From a virus (lineage: Duplodnaviria; Caudoviricetes): a DNA stretch of 64,000 nucleotides. Positions 31,401-40,482 of the stretch are shown in pieces. A program made the position numbers and the translations under genes. A model generated the notes under the pieces. The model ran no database searches, had not been told where the DNA came from, and was given only the letters and a program-made list of their open reading frames with translations. Where the stretch lies: IMG/VR virus record IMGVR_UViG_3300025732_000002, positions 1,209 through 65,208 of that record; one strand, 5' to 3'. The number at the start of each line of letters is the position of its first letter. Positions within the stretch are counted from its first letter, which is position 1.

Positions 31401-34400
31401 TGGAGCGGCACTCAAGCGATTCTTTAACTCTTTGCGCGGTAAAAACTTTTTGCCATCAGAGACGTTTATTGACTACATGGATCGCGTCACATCTTCCGCA
31501 AAGTCTGACGCAGCTCCGATTGCAAGCGTTGGACAGATGGAAATGTTTGCGCTTGAGAAGCCCATTCTTGGCTTTGCAACAAAAGAACCAGCACCTGTTC
31601 GCACCCAGATGGGCAACGATGCCATGGAGATGCTCGAGGGTATTGGCCGCTCTGTTGCCCCGCCTGAGCCTGGCTACATCCAAAAGGTTCGTCAGTCTTG
31701 GGACAACGCGCGCGACAACCCAAAGGCTACCCGAGAGGCTGCGTACGGCGCATTCCGAAAGTTTGCCGATCAGGTTGAGACGTGGTCATTCAGCAGTGAT
31801 GCTGCGCTGAACAACCAGATCCGCCGTGAAGTGATGAACTCCATGGTTGGTAACGAGCAGAAGATTGGAATGCTGCTCAACACCAGCCTGAGCCAGACCG
31901 CTCACTCTGACGCCATTGCCAACCTGTTCTTAATGGAAGGCAACATCAAGTACGACACTGAGTTGCACAAGTGGGTCGGCGTCAAGGATGATCGCAACAT
32001 CTTCAATCTGTCCAAAAAGCTGGACGAGATTGCGGAAAAGCACGGTTTAACAAAAGAGCAGATTGAGCTTATTGCCCATACGGCTTTTGAGGCTCGCCGC
32101 ACACAAGAACTTAATGAGTTCAATGACAACATTGATGCTCAGGTTGAGGCCATGCGGGCAGAGGCTAGGGCTATGCGCGCGGCAGGAAAGCCTGTTGCCG
32201 CAAGCGCTTTGAGTGACAAGGCACAAGCCCTTCTTGCTAAGCGCAAGAATACAAAGAACATGCCGGCGGAAAAAATTCAGACTGGCATGCAGTTCTTCAA
32301 GATGTTCCCAGAGCTTAACGAAGTCTCTGAGATTTGGAACGGCATTCGTAGCAATGCTCTTGATGTAATGGTTGACACCGGCCTTTACACAAGAGAAGAA
32401 GCAGACATGCTTATGGATGCAGCCGGGTACGTTCCGTTTTTCCGCGAGGATCAAATTGAAGAAGGCAAGGGTCCGAAAGAGTTCTTGCGTTCGCTGGCTG
32501 TACAAGCGGACAAAGGATTGAAAGGGTCAGAGAAGCCGGTCAACGACATCTTTGACAACATGGTGCGCTGGACTCAGTACGCCATCAACCGCGGTGTACG
32601 CAACCGCTCCGGCGTGGCGCTTGCCACTACGGCCGAAAAGCTTGGCCTTGCTAACAAAATCCATGACAAGAACAATCCAGACAACATTGGGATTGGGTTT
32701 GATGAGCAAGGCAACCCGATGCTGGAAAAGGTTTCCGGTCGTGGTGTTATCCCGTTCAATACGCCCGCTCAAGCAAGCCAAGCTCGCGCCACCCAAGATT
32801 CTCTGAAGGATTACGGAGTCTTGGCGGTTGAGGTGGAGCAAGATGGGAAAATGGTAAAGAGATATGTACTGTCTCCTCCCATGCCTGCGGACAATCTGGT
32901 CTACGTTTGGCAAGACGGGGAAAGGGTTGGCTATAACATGGCTGACCCGCTGTTTATGTCAGCCTTCCGTGGTCTCGAGTCTGTGGCTATCCCGACGGTC
33001 AAAGTGTTCAGCAAGATGGCTGACGTGCTGCGTCAGTCTGTGGTGCTGTACCCCCTGTTCTCTATCGCTCAGGTTCCGCAGGACTCGTTTGCTGCAATGT
33101 TCACGTCCGGCTTGAAGCCGCAGTACGCCCTGTCCATTCCCTTTCGTGCGGTCAAGGAATTTATCCAGACCCTGCGCGGCAAGAGCAAGGCGCATGAGGA
33201 GCTGAAGAACATTGGTGCCGTTGGCGTGCGTGACTTCACGTCTGCCGTGATCCGTGCTGATGCCGAGATCTTTGCGGGGCTCAAGCAAGAAAAGAGTTTC
33301 TGGGCTGGCGTAAAGCGCAAGCTTGGCAACTTGGCCATGGCCGCTGATAACGCTGTGCGTCAGGCCACGTTCGAGGCGGCAGAGGCTCAGGGCTTGAGCA
33401 AAGCAGAGGCGTATGAGAAGGCGTTCGAGATCTTCAACGTGCGCCGCCGCGGCAACAGCAAGATGCTTGCCTTGGCTGGCCAGGTTATCCCGTTCTTCAA
33501 CGCCTACCTCGCTGCCCAGCATGTGGCCTACCGTACGCTGACCGGTGTTGGCACGTCGCCCACTGAGCGCAAGGCAGCCTTCCAAACGCTGGCTGCCACG
33601 ACCGGCTCGGTGATGGCTCTGTCTGTCCTGTACGCCATGATGAATGGTGACGACGAGGATTACCTGAACAAGCCGACGCCTACGCGTGACCGTCTGCTGA
33701 TGATCCCTGGCTCTGGTGGATTCAGCATCCCACTGCGCGCGGACATCTTTGCGCTACCCAAGGTGGTTGCCGAGCATACGTACATGCTGCTCACGGATAA
33801 CGGCTATGAGGATTCAGCAAAGTTCCGTGCGTCTCTTGCATCACTGTTGGCCAACTCTATCCTGAGCCCGACGCCTGTGCCACAGGCCATCAAGCCGCTG
33901 ACAGAGGCAATCATCAACTACGACTTCTTCCAGCAGAAGCCGTTGGTTGGCTTGTTCCAGCAGAAGAAAGAGCTGGGGCGCCAGTTCGAGGACAGCACGT
34001 CTGAGATTTCCAAGCTGCTGGGCAAGACCGGCGTGGTATCGCCCATCGTGGCAGATCACCTGATCCGCGGTATGTTTGGGTCATTTGGTGGTTTGCTCAT
34101 GTACATGACTAATCCGATCTTGGCTGAGATGTCCGGCACTCCGCGCCCGTCTTTGTCTTTCCAAGATGCATTGGCCACTATCCCCAACGCTAGTGGATTC
34201 GTTTCCAAAGAATATGAATCTGCTCTGCGCAAGGACTTCTATGCCCTGAGAGAGGTGACCGAGCGCGCGGCTTCAACTCTGTCTGACCTGAAGCAACGTA
34301 GCCCGCAAGACATTGCAGACTACCTGTCGGATGAGACGGTCCGTCAGCGAGTTGCCTTGGCTCCGGCCGTTAACCAGATTGCCACGCAACTAACTAACAT

Positions 34401-34551
34401 CCGCAAAGCTGTGACCATGATTAGTCAAGCGTCAGAAGATCGGATGGACGAGGATGAGAAGCAGCGGCAGATCAAGCAGCTGCGAGAGGCTGAGCGGCAG
34501 CTACTCCAAGGGGTAAACCTGAAGAAGCTGCGCGAGATGGCCAATCTGTAA
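28462..34551 (+). CDS. Large polyvalent ejection protein (zincin-like metallopeptidase plus LPD38-like C-terminus)
   Basis: LAHELGH...FDEWYADQV; C-terminal IPFFNA, P.AIKPL.E...NYDFF, SP...DHLIRG.FG. Confidence 0.75.
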   Translation: MATVEDLFAALKAADAAGNTEDATKIAQYLSGLGYGPKIEAAPPKKETGFKDYLKDIPKAVGRGATGLLETSAIGASALLPEDYEKSVRAGIESLAKPTREYLAPATPEIGESVSSKLLSGVGSTLPFFVAGPLGLAGRVGAGALGVSAGAGEARQAAEQAGATPEEISRATALGAPTGMLDILAPNIGPLKSIFTTALARGGVEGLTEAAQKVAQNYIAKGVYDPKKDVLEGSGEEGVYGAGVGALTSLLVDLTLGRRAKGAVTPPPERPPAAAAAPEAPAALGLPSIEAQPARPGFSAQQAQDLRQEAEQLEQMRQQAIEQNRLDDVARIEAAMLAQQERVAGMSGFTRSDGNVAIRQAMEERRQAEEDQVRAEAVAAERQRQAQIRQIQAATFDPDPVRNELIKRRELERLGAGPAAPAAPAAPAEPAAPAQLEEPAGLYGKREPLETEPQAKPRGVQKFEFTPEEQAEIKSVKESLAAINKDITAAKAQKTSLFKALEGKLTFRPGSINLADIDVDKKSLRRLYNKEGKGALLEDMVEDGALDDFLPPENRKLVGGQENPRFDSQAAIDHITGKLRSGDYTSEIEAANLAALEQQRDAAKAELEKLETLPAINRELAAGRRPAEPSLQDLMEEAANTGLDVEAIKEDVARRMPDATDAQYRGALYNALTAATSKEPLYEKYALISANPEQSKNANAHAKDFGGSVVYQNGDIGLVQAYSAINGDPVYIPFKGEYRVGKDIESIQTNPLNLTPEQKKELSDARKQVIEEESKRKETVVKFDKDGLGFSKDIDPRMVSVLRGWKKMLNIPNNVYITTIEDARANSKNFTGPYRRIGSAALDPNAEGTMRHLGNGEYYITFTKSTSVGRMLEVLAHELGHIHEVVVFNNASPEMKKAIVDEYNKWLKSNQGKTAREHIESMRAKRFARSAAAKTDASLMSSEMRSYWRRFDEWYADQVSRWATTQEKPLSVVEKFFAKLGAALKRFFNSLRGKNFLPSETFIDYMDRVTSSAKSDAAPIASVGQMEMFALEKPILGFATKEPAPVRTQMGNDAMEMLEGIGRSVAPPEPGYIQKVRQSWDNARDNPKATREAAYGAFRKFADQVETWSFSSDAALNNQIRREVMNSMVGNEQKIGMLLNTSLSQTAHSDAIANLFLMEGNIKYDTELHKWVGVKDDRNIFNLSKKLDEIAEKHGLTKEQIELIAHTAFEARRTQELNEFNDNIDAQVEAMRAEARAMRAAGKPVAASALSDKAQALLAKRKNTKNMPAEKIQTGMQFFKMFPELNEVSEIWNGIRSNALDVMVDTGLYTREEADMLMDAAGYVPFFREDQIEEGKGPKEFLRSLAVQADKGLKGSEKPVNDIFDNMVRWTQYAINRGVRNRSGVALATTAEKLGLANKIHDKNNPDNIGIGFDEQGNPMLEKVSGRGVIPFNTPAQASQARATQDSLKDYGVLAVEVEQDGKMVKRYVLSPPMPADNLVYVWQDGERVGYNMADPLFMSAFRGLESVAIPTVKVFSKMADVLRQSVVLYPLFSIAQVPQDSFAAMFTSGLKPQYALSIPFRAVKEFIQTLRGKSKAHEELKNIGAVGVRDFTSAVIRADAEIFAGLKQEKSFWAGVKRKLGNLAMAADNAVRQATFEAAEAQGLSKAEAYEKAFEIFNVRRRGNSKMLALAGQVIPFFNAYLAAQHVAYRTLTGVGTSPTERKAAFQTLAATTGSVMALSVLYAMMNGDDEDYLNKPTPTRDRLLMIPGSGGFSIPLRADIFALPKVVAEHTYMLLTDNGYEDSAKFRASLASLLANSILSPTPVPQAIKPLTEAIINYDFFQQKPLVGLFQQKKELGRQFEDSTSEISKLLGKTGVVSPIVADHLIRGMFGSFGGLLMYMTNPILAEMSGTPRPSLSFQDALATIPNASGFVSKEYESALRKDFYALREVTERAASTLSDLKQRSPQDIADYLSDETVRQRVALAPAVNQIATQLTNIRKAVTMISQASEDRMDEDEKQRQIKQLREAERQLLQGVNLKKLREMANL

Positions 34552-34552
34552 C

Positions 34553-34846
34553 CTACGGGTTGCGCTCCTTGGCCAGAGCCTCGATGGTCATGGCCAGGAG
34601 ATCCCACTCTGTCAGCTTGTATCTGGTGAAGAAGCCGCCGTCGCCCAGCCCATGATAGCCCTGTTTGGGGTCTACGTGGTGGGTTGGGCATAGGGGTATG
34701 ACCAGCCAGTCTGACGCCTTCTGAGCGCCGCCTGCTGCCCCGCGGGGGTGGTGCAGGATGGCAGGTGTCTGGCCATATCCAAGGTGCCGGCATAGGATGC
34801 AGCCAAGATCCGCCACGTCGTTCATGTGGCGTTTGATATGGCTCAT
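34553..34846 (-). CDS. Ref-like (recombination enhancement) HNH nuclease
   Basis: LGCILC...LHH...VIPLCPTHH...YH. Confidence 0.75.
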   Translation of the reverse strand: MSHIKRHMNDVADLGCILCRHLGYGQTPAILHHPRGAAGGAQKASDWLVIPLCPTHHVDPKQGYHGLGDGGFFTRYKLTEWDLLAMTIEALAKERNP

Positions 34847-35094
34847 GTGTTCTTCTCCTTGAGTTTGGCTTCAAGGTATTTTGCAAAGTCCTGATACCTT
34901 GTGGCGATGTTATTGCCTTCTTGAGCAAACATCTTGTTGTACAGGTCGTACACATCTTGTTTTGTCAGCCCAACCCATGTGCGCGTCATGCCATTGACCG
35001 CCTTGTCCACGCTGGACTGCATTTGTTTCTGCATCCCGTCAATGAACCCGCGCTCGTACGCTTCTTGGGTATCGTTGTATCCATCTTTGTCCAT
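34843..35094 (-). CDS. Hypothetical protein (WVGLT...EAKLKEKNT module)
   Basis: Coupled ORF; C-terminus shared with 36180-36482. Confidence 0.7.
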   Translation of the reverse strand: MDKDGYNDTQEAYERGFIDGMQKQMQSSVDKAVNGMTRTWVGLTKQDVYDLYNKMFAQEGNNIATRYQDFAKYLEAKLKEKNT

Positions 35095-35097
35095 CTC

Positions 35098-35358
35098 TCA
35101 CTCCTTAATGCCGTGTGCGGCTTCGGTTTTAAACCCCACAACAGCAAGTGCCGCAAGCTCTTTGAAGTCATCTGCATCCATCGTGATTGATACGCTGTGG
35201 TCTTTGCCAATACCAACCGTGCTGGTCATCCAGCCTTCACCGCAATACTCTGTCCTTTTTGCGGCTCGTTGAAAACCGTTACGGCGCACCAACTCAAACA
35301 GCAACTGCTCGTCTGAGAATGTTTCAATGCTTCGTTCCCATCTTGTGTCTTTACTCAT
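35098..35358 (-). CDS. Hypothetical protein (EAAHGIKE end)
   Basis: AGGAG RBS; shared C-terminus. Confidence 0.65.
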   Translation of the reverse strand: MSKDTRWERSIETFSDEQLLFELVRRNGFQRAAKRTEYCGEGWMTSTVGIGKDHSVSITMDADDFKELAALAVVGFKTEAAHGIKE

Positions 35359-35540
35359 ACGTTTTCTCCTGATTCTGCTTTGATTAAATTTGCCGCAACG
35401 TGCCAATAGTTGTGCGCTCCCTTTGCCGCATCGTGCTGGATCATCAGCAGGTTGACGATGCGCTGGCGCTCTGCCATCACTCCGTCATCCCATCCTTGCT
35501 TGTAGCTATTCCAGTCGGGCGAATCAGATTTTTGATTCAT
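35355..35540 (-). CDS. Hypothetical protein
   Basis: Coupled ORF. Confidence 0.6.
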   Translation of the reverse strand: MNQKSDSPDWNSYKQGWDDGVMAERQRIVNLLMIQHDAAKGAHNYWHVAANLIKAESGENV

Positions 35541-35875
35541 ATCTCAAGGCTTTCAATGATGTGGACAAGCTCGTCAATCACAGCGGATGTCTGCTGTCGG
35601 TATTGATTGATTGACAAGCCCAATGGTGACGCTACTGGTGACACCTCATTGGTGGCAGAGCGCATAGGAGCGTCTGCCATCACAGGTTTAAGGCGCATAT
35701 ACAGCGTTTCCACTGTTGCTTTCAACAAGTCAATTGTGGCTTGCATCTCCTCGCACTGGCGCTCAATCTGGCTTTTGTATTCTTGCGTTTCTTCAATTTG
35801 TAGCCCAACATCTCCAATGCCGAGGTTTCGTTTAATTTGTCTGGTTGCTTGATTCATGTTGTGATCTCCACTCAT
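35537..35875 (-). CDS. Hypothetical protein
   Basis: AAGGAG RBS; coupled. Confidence 0.65.
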   Translation of the reverse strand: MSGDHNMNQATRQIKRNLGIGDVGLQIEETQEYKSQIERQCEEMQATIDLLKATVETLYMRLKPVMADAPMRSATNEVSPVASPLGLSINQYRQQTSAVIDELVHIIESLEI

Positions 35876-36183
35876 TTGTTGCTCCTTGATCTAACTGCCT
35901 TCGCCATTTCCATCGCCCACTGTCTGTCAATATCATCAGCGGCAAGGTCTGCTTGTTTGTCCAGAGACTGCGCAATAGCCTCTCGCTCTGCCCTAACAGC
36001 CGCCTCGCGGGATTCGTGCAGTTCACGCATCACCTCAATGACAGCTATCTCATGCTTGAGAATAATTGCTTTAATCATCTCGATGGGCGTTTCAATCATC
36101 GCCAGTGCCGCCGCTTTGTTCTGGTCGGTTTCGTTCTGCGCTTTGATGATTGCCTCTTGATGTAGTTTGCTCAACGATTTCAT
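35872..36183 (-). CDS. Hypothetical protein
   Basis: RBS plus ATGA overlap. Confidence 0.65.
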   Translation of the reverse strand: MKSLSKLHQEAIIKAQNETDQNKAAALAMIETPIEMIKAIILKHEIAVIEVMRELHESREAAVRAEREAIAQSLDKQADLAADDIDRQWAMEMAKAVRSRSNK

Positions 36184-36482
36184 GTGTTCTTCTCCTTGAG
36201 TTTGGCTTCGATGGCAACGTAAACATCCGTCAAAGAATGGCTGTTCCATGTCCGCATACTGTCGCCAATCATGTTCAATTCATCTGCCGTCAGCCCAACC
36301 CACGGCAGTTCGATCACATCGTGCCCTGCTTGCTTGTAGGCTTCGGCTCGCCATCTGGCAGCGCGGTTCTTGTGGTACTCGCAGTCGGAGCAGGGCTTGT
36401 TTGCGCCTTCCCAATCAAACTCATCACAGGCTTTTTCCAAGTAAGCCATCCATTCTTTTCTTGTCAAAGGTCTGTTAGCCAT
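36180..36482 (-). CDS. Hypothetical protein (WVGLT...EAKLKEKNT module)
   Basis: Shared C-terminus. Confidence 0.65.
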   Translation of the reverse strand: MANRPLTRKEWMAYLEKACDEFDWEGANKPCSDCEYHKNRAARWRAEAYKQAGHDVIELPWVGLTADELNMIGDSMRTWNSHSLTDVYVAIEAKLKEKNT

Positions 36483-36669
36483 GGTTCCTCTCCTTTATCT
36501 TGTCCCAGTGTGTGCCGTAGATCTCTTCACATTGAACCCATGTAAACAGTGCCTGCCACATGGACAACTCGTTACCCAGCTCGCAGTGGCGCTTGGCCAA
36601 CCACAGCTGCCCCTCTTCATGGCGCTTAATGTATGACTCTCTGGTGTCGTCGTTGTAGGGGACACTCAT
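36475..36669 (-). CDS. Hypothetical protein
   Basis: Coupled ORF. Confidence 0.55.
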   Translation of the reverse strand: MSVPYNDDTRESYIKRHEEGQLWLAKRHCELGNELSMWQALFTWVQCEEIYGTHWDKIKERNHG

Positions 36670-36944
36670 TTGTTGCCCCTGTTCTTTAGCCCGCCCGGAT
36701 CGCTTGATAGTGAATACGCATCAAACATCTGCCGCATGAAAGCCTGAAGGCGCTCGCGCTCTGCCAGCCTGCCTGCCTCATACCCTTCCTGCCACGACAT
36801 GAAAGACTGCGGGGGGTTGTTGGCCAACACAAGAGCAGCAAACTGTTTTAATGGGCCAACCCAACCTTCGTAGCGGCACAAGGTGTCGCTTTCGGCGTTT
36901 ATGCCCGCTTTGCGGGCCAGTTCAATAAGTTTGTCGTCTGTCAT
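36666..36944 (-). CDS. Hypothetical protein
   Basis: AAGGAG RBS. Confidence 0.65.
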   Translation of the reverse strand: MTDDKLIELARKAGINAESDTLCRYEGWVGPLKQFAALVLANNPPQSFMSWQEGYEAGRLAERERLQAFMRQMFDAYSLSSDPGGLKNRGNK

Positions 36945-36947
36945 CTC

Positions 36948-37454
36948 TCACTCCTTAATGCCGTGTGCGGCTTCGATGGCTCGGGCTAACGCAAACACAG
37001 CAAACCTGTCTTGTGGTCGTAGCGTTTGACAATGCCCAGTTGTTTCGTAGCACTTTTGAATCTCCTCATCCGTCAGTGGCTTGCGCTTAGGCTCCCATCC
37101 AAGTGACGTAGCAATCCGTACCGCCGCAGATTTGTCAATCACACGCTCTGACTGTGGTGGGGTGGTGTAGAGTTTTGTCCCATCTTTTGGAAAGACTACG
37201 CAACGCCAATCAATGTTGCCTGAAATTGTGCTGTCTATTACCGCCACCGGCTCCTGCTCTGGCTGTGCTGGTGGGGCACGAAACTCACAGTGTTCTTGAC
37301 AATAAGTTTCGGTACACCATGCTCCGTGCTTGCACGGCTTGCCATTTGGACACGCCACCGGCTCCTGCTGCTGTGCTGGATTGGCTTCCATCGCTTCATT
37401 CCATCCGGCCTGATAGCCTTCGTCATAGCCGATTGAATATTGTTCGGTTGTCAT
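36948..37454 (-). CDS. Modular hypothetical protein (QEPVA / PLTDEEI / AIEAAHGI)
   Basis: Shared modules. Confidence 0.7.
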   Translation of the reverse strand: MTTEQYSIGYDEGYQAGWNEAMEANPAQQQEPVACPNGKPCKHGAWCTETYCQEHCEFRAPPAQPEQEPVAVIDSTISGNIDWRCVVFPKDGTKLYTTPPQSERVIDKSAAVRIATSLGWEPKRKPLTDEEIQKCYETTGHCQTLRPQDRFAVFALARAIEAAHGIKE

Positions 37455-37633
37455 GCTTCAATCCTTTGCGGCTTCTCGCCAATTACCTTTGCCGTGGCTT
37501 TGAGTTCTTCAAGCCGATCTATTGCGTGCGCCCAGTCGAGCGCGAACAGTTCAAACTGGAACGTGCCTTCTTGCGTGTCGAACTCGACCAAGAACGGCGA
37601 CCATCTCACGCCATCAACGATTACTTCGCTCAT
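37451..37633 (-). CDS. Hypothetical protein
   Basis: Coupled ORF. Confidence 0.6.
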   Translation of the reverse strand: MSEVIVDGVRWSPFLVEFDTQEGTFQFELFALDWAHAIDRLEELKATAKVIGEKPQRIEA

Positions 37634-37929
37634 GCGTCCCCCTTGATGCCGTGGGCGGCTTCGATGGCTCTGGCAAAGTCGTGATAGCGGTTTGCAGCAA
37701 GTCCCCCGCCGTTCAGCATCCAGATTCTGCTGATCTCCGCATCCGTCAGCGGCTTGCGCTGTGCGTCATGCGATGTCTGGTCAAGCATCACGGTTCGCGC
37801 CAATGCTTCGCAAGTCTTGCAAGACTGCTCCGTTTTTATGGCCTCAATCAGTCTTTCAAGTGCCTCTGCTGTGAATGAGTAAATGTTCAGGCTGTTGGTC
37901 GATGCTTTGATGATGTCTGTGCTTTTCAT
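37630..37929 (-). CDS. Modular hypothetical protein
   Basis: RKPLTDAEI...AIEAAHGI. Confidence 0.65.
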   Translation of the reverse strand: MKSTDIIKASTNSLNIYSFTAEALERLIEAIKTEQSCKTCEALARTVMLDQTSHDAQRKPLTDAEISRIWMLNGGGLAANRYHDFARAIEAAHGIKGDA

Positions 37930-38459
37930 TTCTGTTCTCCTATGATGCCGTGTGCAGCTTCGATGGCTCGGGCAAATGTGATGTAGCGGTTTGATGCGTC
38001 CTCATCCAAAGACCATCCAGTCTGCCAATCAAGGTCAGCCGCTTTTACTTCGTCCCAAATCTCCTCATCCGTCAGCGGCTTGCGCTGTGGTGGGGTGGTG
38101 TCAGGTGTATGTGCCATTTCCTCGCTCCCATCAGATTTGATGTCCCATACAGCGCCACATACGCAATTCAGCGTGTGAGCCACCGGCTTCTGCTCTGGCT
38201 TGCGCTGTGGTGGGGCGGTGTCGCCAAACACAAGCGGGCGGCTTTTGATGCCTGGATTCTGGTTTTTGCTATACGCCAGAAACCACGCATCCAAGTCAGG
38301 GTTGTGCTCAAACCACGCCACCGGCTCCTGCTCTGGCTGTGCCAAGGCTTCTCGGATGGCGGTGATGGCTGTCTCCCCCGATTTCGGCAGACTCATGTAA
38401 TTGTGTTCGATGTACTCCAGCGCCTCCAGCGCCAGCTTCAATGCTTCGTCTTTGGTCAC
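37926..38459 (-). CDS. Modular hypothetical protein
   Basis: EALKLALEAL, AQPEQEPVA, PQRKPLTDEEI, AIEAAHGI. Confidence 0.7.
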   Translation of the reverse strand: MTKDEALKLALEALEYIEHNYMSLPKSGETAITAIREALAQPEQEPVAWFEHNPDLDAWFLAYSKNQNPGIKSRPLVFGDTAPPQRKPEQKPVAHTLNCVCGAVWDIKSDGSEEMAHTPDTTPPQRKPLTDEEIWDEVKAADLDWQTGWSLDEDASNRYITFARAIEAAHGIIGEQK

Positions 38460-38656
38460 ATCCGTACCCCCCTTTCCTGCAGCATGGCCTCGGCCTGGTC
38501 AAATGCCGCCCGTGCCGTGTCCTCCGGGGTGGACATGGGTGACGCCCCGAGCAGGGCAAAGGCCGCGTACCAGTCCAGCATGGTGATCTCTTGGATGGAG
38601 ATCGGATCCTGCTTGGGCTTGAGCGCCTCAATTCCCTCGGGCTTTTTTCTTGCCAT
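38456..38656 (-). CDS. Hypothetical protein
   Basis: AAGGAG RBS; ITMLDWYAAFAL. Confidence 0.65.
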   Translation of the reverse strand: MARKKPEGIEALKPKQDPISIQEITMLDWYAAFALLGASPMSTPEDTARAAFDQAEAMLQERGVRM

Positions 38657-38945
38657 TTGCTTTCTCCTTGATTGTTAGTTTGGTGATGCTGTACGTCAGA
38701 GCAAGGCCAAGGTTCTGCCCGTTGATGGACAGGCTGCGCGTGGTCTCGTTGCTGTTGATAACGTCCATTGCATCTGCCAGCCCCTTGTTGTATCCGTTGG
38801 TGTAGGCGTCTCCTCCGTCTAGGATGAGGGAGATGGCATCCCGTACCAAGGCTGACGCCTTTCTCTCCCCGGCCGCGGCCTTCAGCTTCTTGTAGATATC
38901 CTCCGGCAGGTGCACGGAGTAGGGAATCAACCGGCGTGCTTCCAT
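38628..38945 (-). CDS. Ribbon-helix-helix DNA-binding protein
   Basis: YSVHLPEDIYKKLKAAA...SALVRDAI. Confidence 0.6.
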   Translation of the reverse strand: MEARRLIPYSVHLPEDIYKKLKAAAGERKASALVRDAISLILDGGDAYTNGYNKGLADAMDVINSNETTRSLSINGQNLGLALTYSITKLTIKEKANGKKKARGN

Positions 38946-39346
38946 GATTTGAATCCTTCATTGATTGCGTATAACTTCTGGGCCTTGATCTTGTCGTTGC
39001 GCAGCTCTGTGCGGGATTCAATCTCCAGCGTGGTCCTGAGCCAGCCAACAGTGGACAGCTCTTCCGGCTCGAGGATCTGGCCTGTCTGGAACAGGTACTC
39101 TTGGAAGTCTTTGTCCTTGCACAGGATGCCGGCCAGCTTGACCGGGTCCATGCCGATGTCCCTGTCCCGGTTCATGGGTGCCTCGTCCCCGTTGAGCCGG
39201 ACCATGACGACTTGGTAGCGGGCCCCGACGAAGTCGCGCAGGATACGCTCGTCCAGATCATCTGGATGGATGTTCAGGGTGAGGATGTATCCAGTACGGT
39301 CCTGCTTTAGTGCGACCTTGACGGCCTCGAATTGTGGGTGACTCAT
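38927..39346 (-). CDS. Conserved phage hypothetical protein
   Basis: QFEAVKVALKQD..GYILTLNIHPD; GARY.VVMV. Confidence 0.7.
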   Translation of the reverse strand: MSHPQFEAVKVALKQDRTGYILTLNIHPDDLDERILRDFVGARYQVVMVRLNGDEAPMNRDRDIGMDPVKLAGILCKDKDFQEYLFQTGQILEPEELSTVGWLRTTLEIESRTELRNDKIKAQKLYAINEGFKSWKHAG

Positions 39347-39495
39347 TTCTCTCTCCATCCTGCCCATTTGAATAGTTCTAGCCACATGCGGCGCTCAAAG
39401 ACACCGCCCCTCATGGCCAACGGCAGCAGATAGCTTTCTTGCTCCATGAGAAAGTAAGCCTCTGCGTAACGTAAGTGCTTCTCTCTTTCTGCCAT
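39343..39495 (-). CDS. 50-aa hypothetical protein (absent from ORF track)
   Basis: MAEREKHLRYAEAY... fills the gap, with ATGA overlap. Confidence 0.45.
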   Translation of the reverse strand: MAEREKHLRYAEAYFLMEQESYLLPLAMRGGVFERRMWLELFKWAGWREK

Positions 39496-39497
39496 GA

Positions 39498-39791
39498 TCA
39501 GAAGGGCACGTCGCCGTCATCGGCTGGCAGCGCCTGCTGCTGGGGTTTGGCAACGTTGCCATCCGTGGGCTTCTTGTAGTTGTTCCATGCCAGCCGGGTC
39601 CATGCTCCGTATTGCCCGTCCATGTTCCAGCCGGATAGCTTGATGGTGATGTCGTCCTCGTCTGTCTCCTCGAGCAAACCCTTCAAAGCTTGGCGGGTCA
39701 TGACCAGCTCGCCGACCACGTCTGGCTTCTTCTCGTTGTCTTTGTAGCGGTTGGCGGATAGCTTGCCGCTGTTGGGGTACTTGGTTGCCAT
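39498..39791 (-). CDS. Small protein with acidic DDGDVPF tail (SSB-like)
   Basis: NSGKL..N..K...PD..G; SSB-type C-terminal tip; next to SSAP. Confidence 0.55.
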   Translation of the reverse strand: MATKYPNSGKLSANRYKDNEKKPDVVGELVMTRQALKGLLEETDEDDITIKLSGWNMDGQYGAWTRLAWNNYKKPTDGNVAKPQQQALPADDGDVPF

Positions 39792-39792
39792 T

Positions 39793-40482
39793 TCAGTTTC
39801 CTTTCAGTTCGTTCTTGCGCTTGGTGAAGTCGGCCATCAGGGCGGTGTAGTCTTCCGGGGCGTCTGCCTTGAGGCGGTCGAAGATGACTCGGTTGACCTT
39901 GAAGATGTCCATGATGTCCTTCTCTGTGGCTGCTTGGGTAAGCGCCATCCGGGCGGTCTCCATGACAATCCCGATCCATGCCGGCAGGTCTGCATCTGCG
40001 TCTGTTGTAAAAACCATCTGCCATGGGCCGGTCTTGCCCTCTACCTTGGCGGGCGGCTTGGGGGCGGCTTTGGCAACGTTGCCATTCGTTTTGGGCTTGG
40101 GCTGCTCCTCTTCCTCGCCCTCGGGCAGGTCTTCCCCGGCGTAGATGTACAGACCCAGACCGTGGCAGGCGATGGCCTTGACCAGGCAGCGCATCATGTT
40201 CTTGTTGACGGCAAAGGCGTCAGGGTTCTTGATGGCTTGGTTGCGGTGGTCCATGACCGGCAGGTGCATGGTGATGGGCTTGCCAAAGGCGGTGACGGTA
40301 CAGGAAACCATCATGGTCTCGCCGTACATCTGGGGCTCGTGGAAAGACCAGTTGGCCATGGGGTCGTGGCGCATCAGGTGGTCAACGGCCCAGGCCCATG
40401 ACAGGTAGCTCAGGTTTTGCTTCTTCTCGATGTGGTCGCCGACGTTGATGGACGCCAGCTTGATGAAGTTGTTTTCACTCAT
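39793..40482 (-). CDS. Sak / Rad52-like single-strand annealing protein (DUF1071)
   Basis: LSYLSWAWA...LPVMD.RN...MRCLVKAIA.HGLGLYIYAGEDLP. Confidence 0.88.
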   Translation of the reverse strand: MSENNFIKLASINVGDHIEKKQNLSYLSWAWAVDHLMRHDPMANWSFHEPQMYGETMMVSCTVTAFGKPITMHLPVMDHRNQAIKNPDAFAVNKNMMRCLVKAIACHGLGLYIYAGEDLPEGEEEEQPKPKTNGNVAKAAPKPPAKVEGKTGPWQMVFTTDADADLPAWIGIVMETARMALTQAATEKDIMDIFKVNRVIFDRLKADAPEDYTALMADFTKRKNELKGN

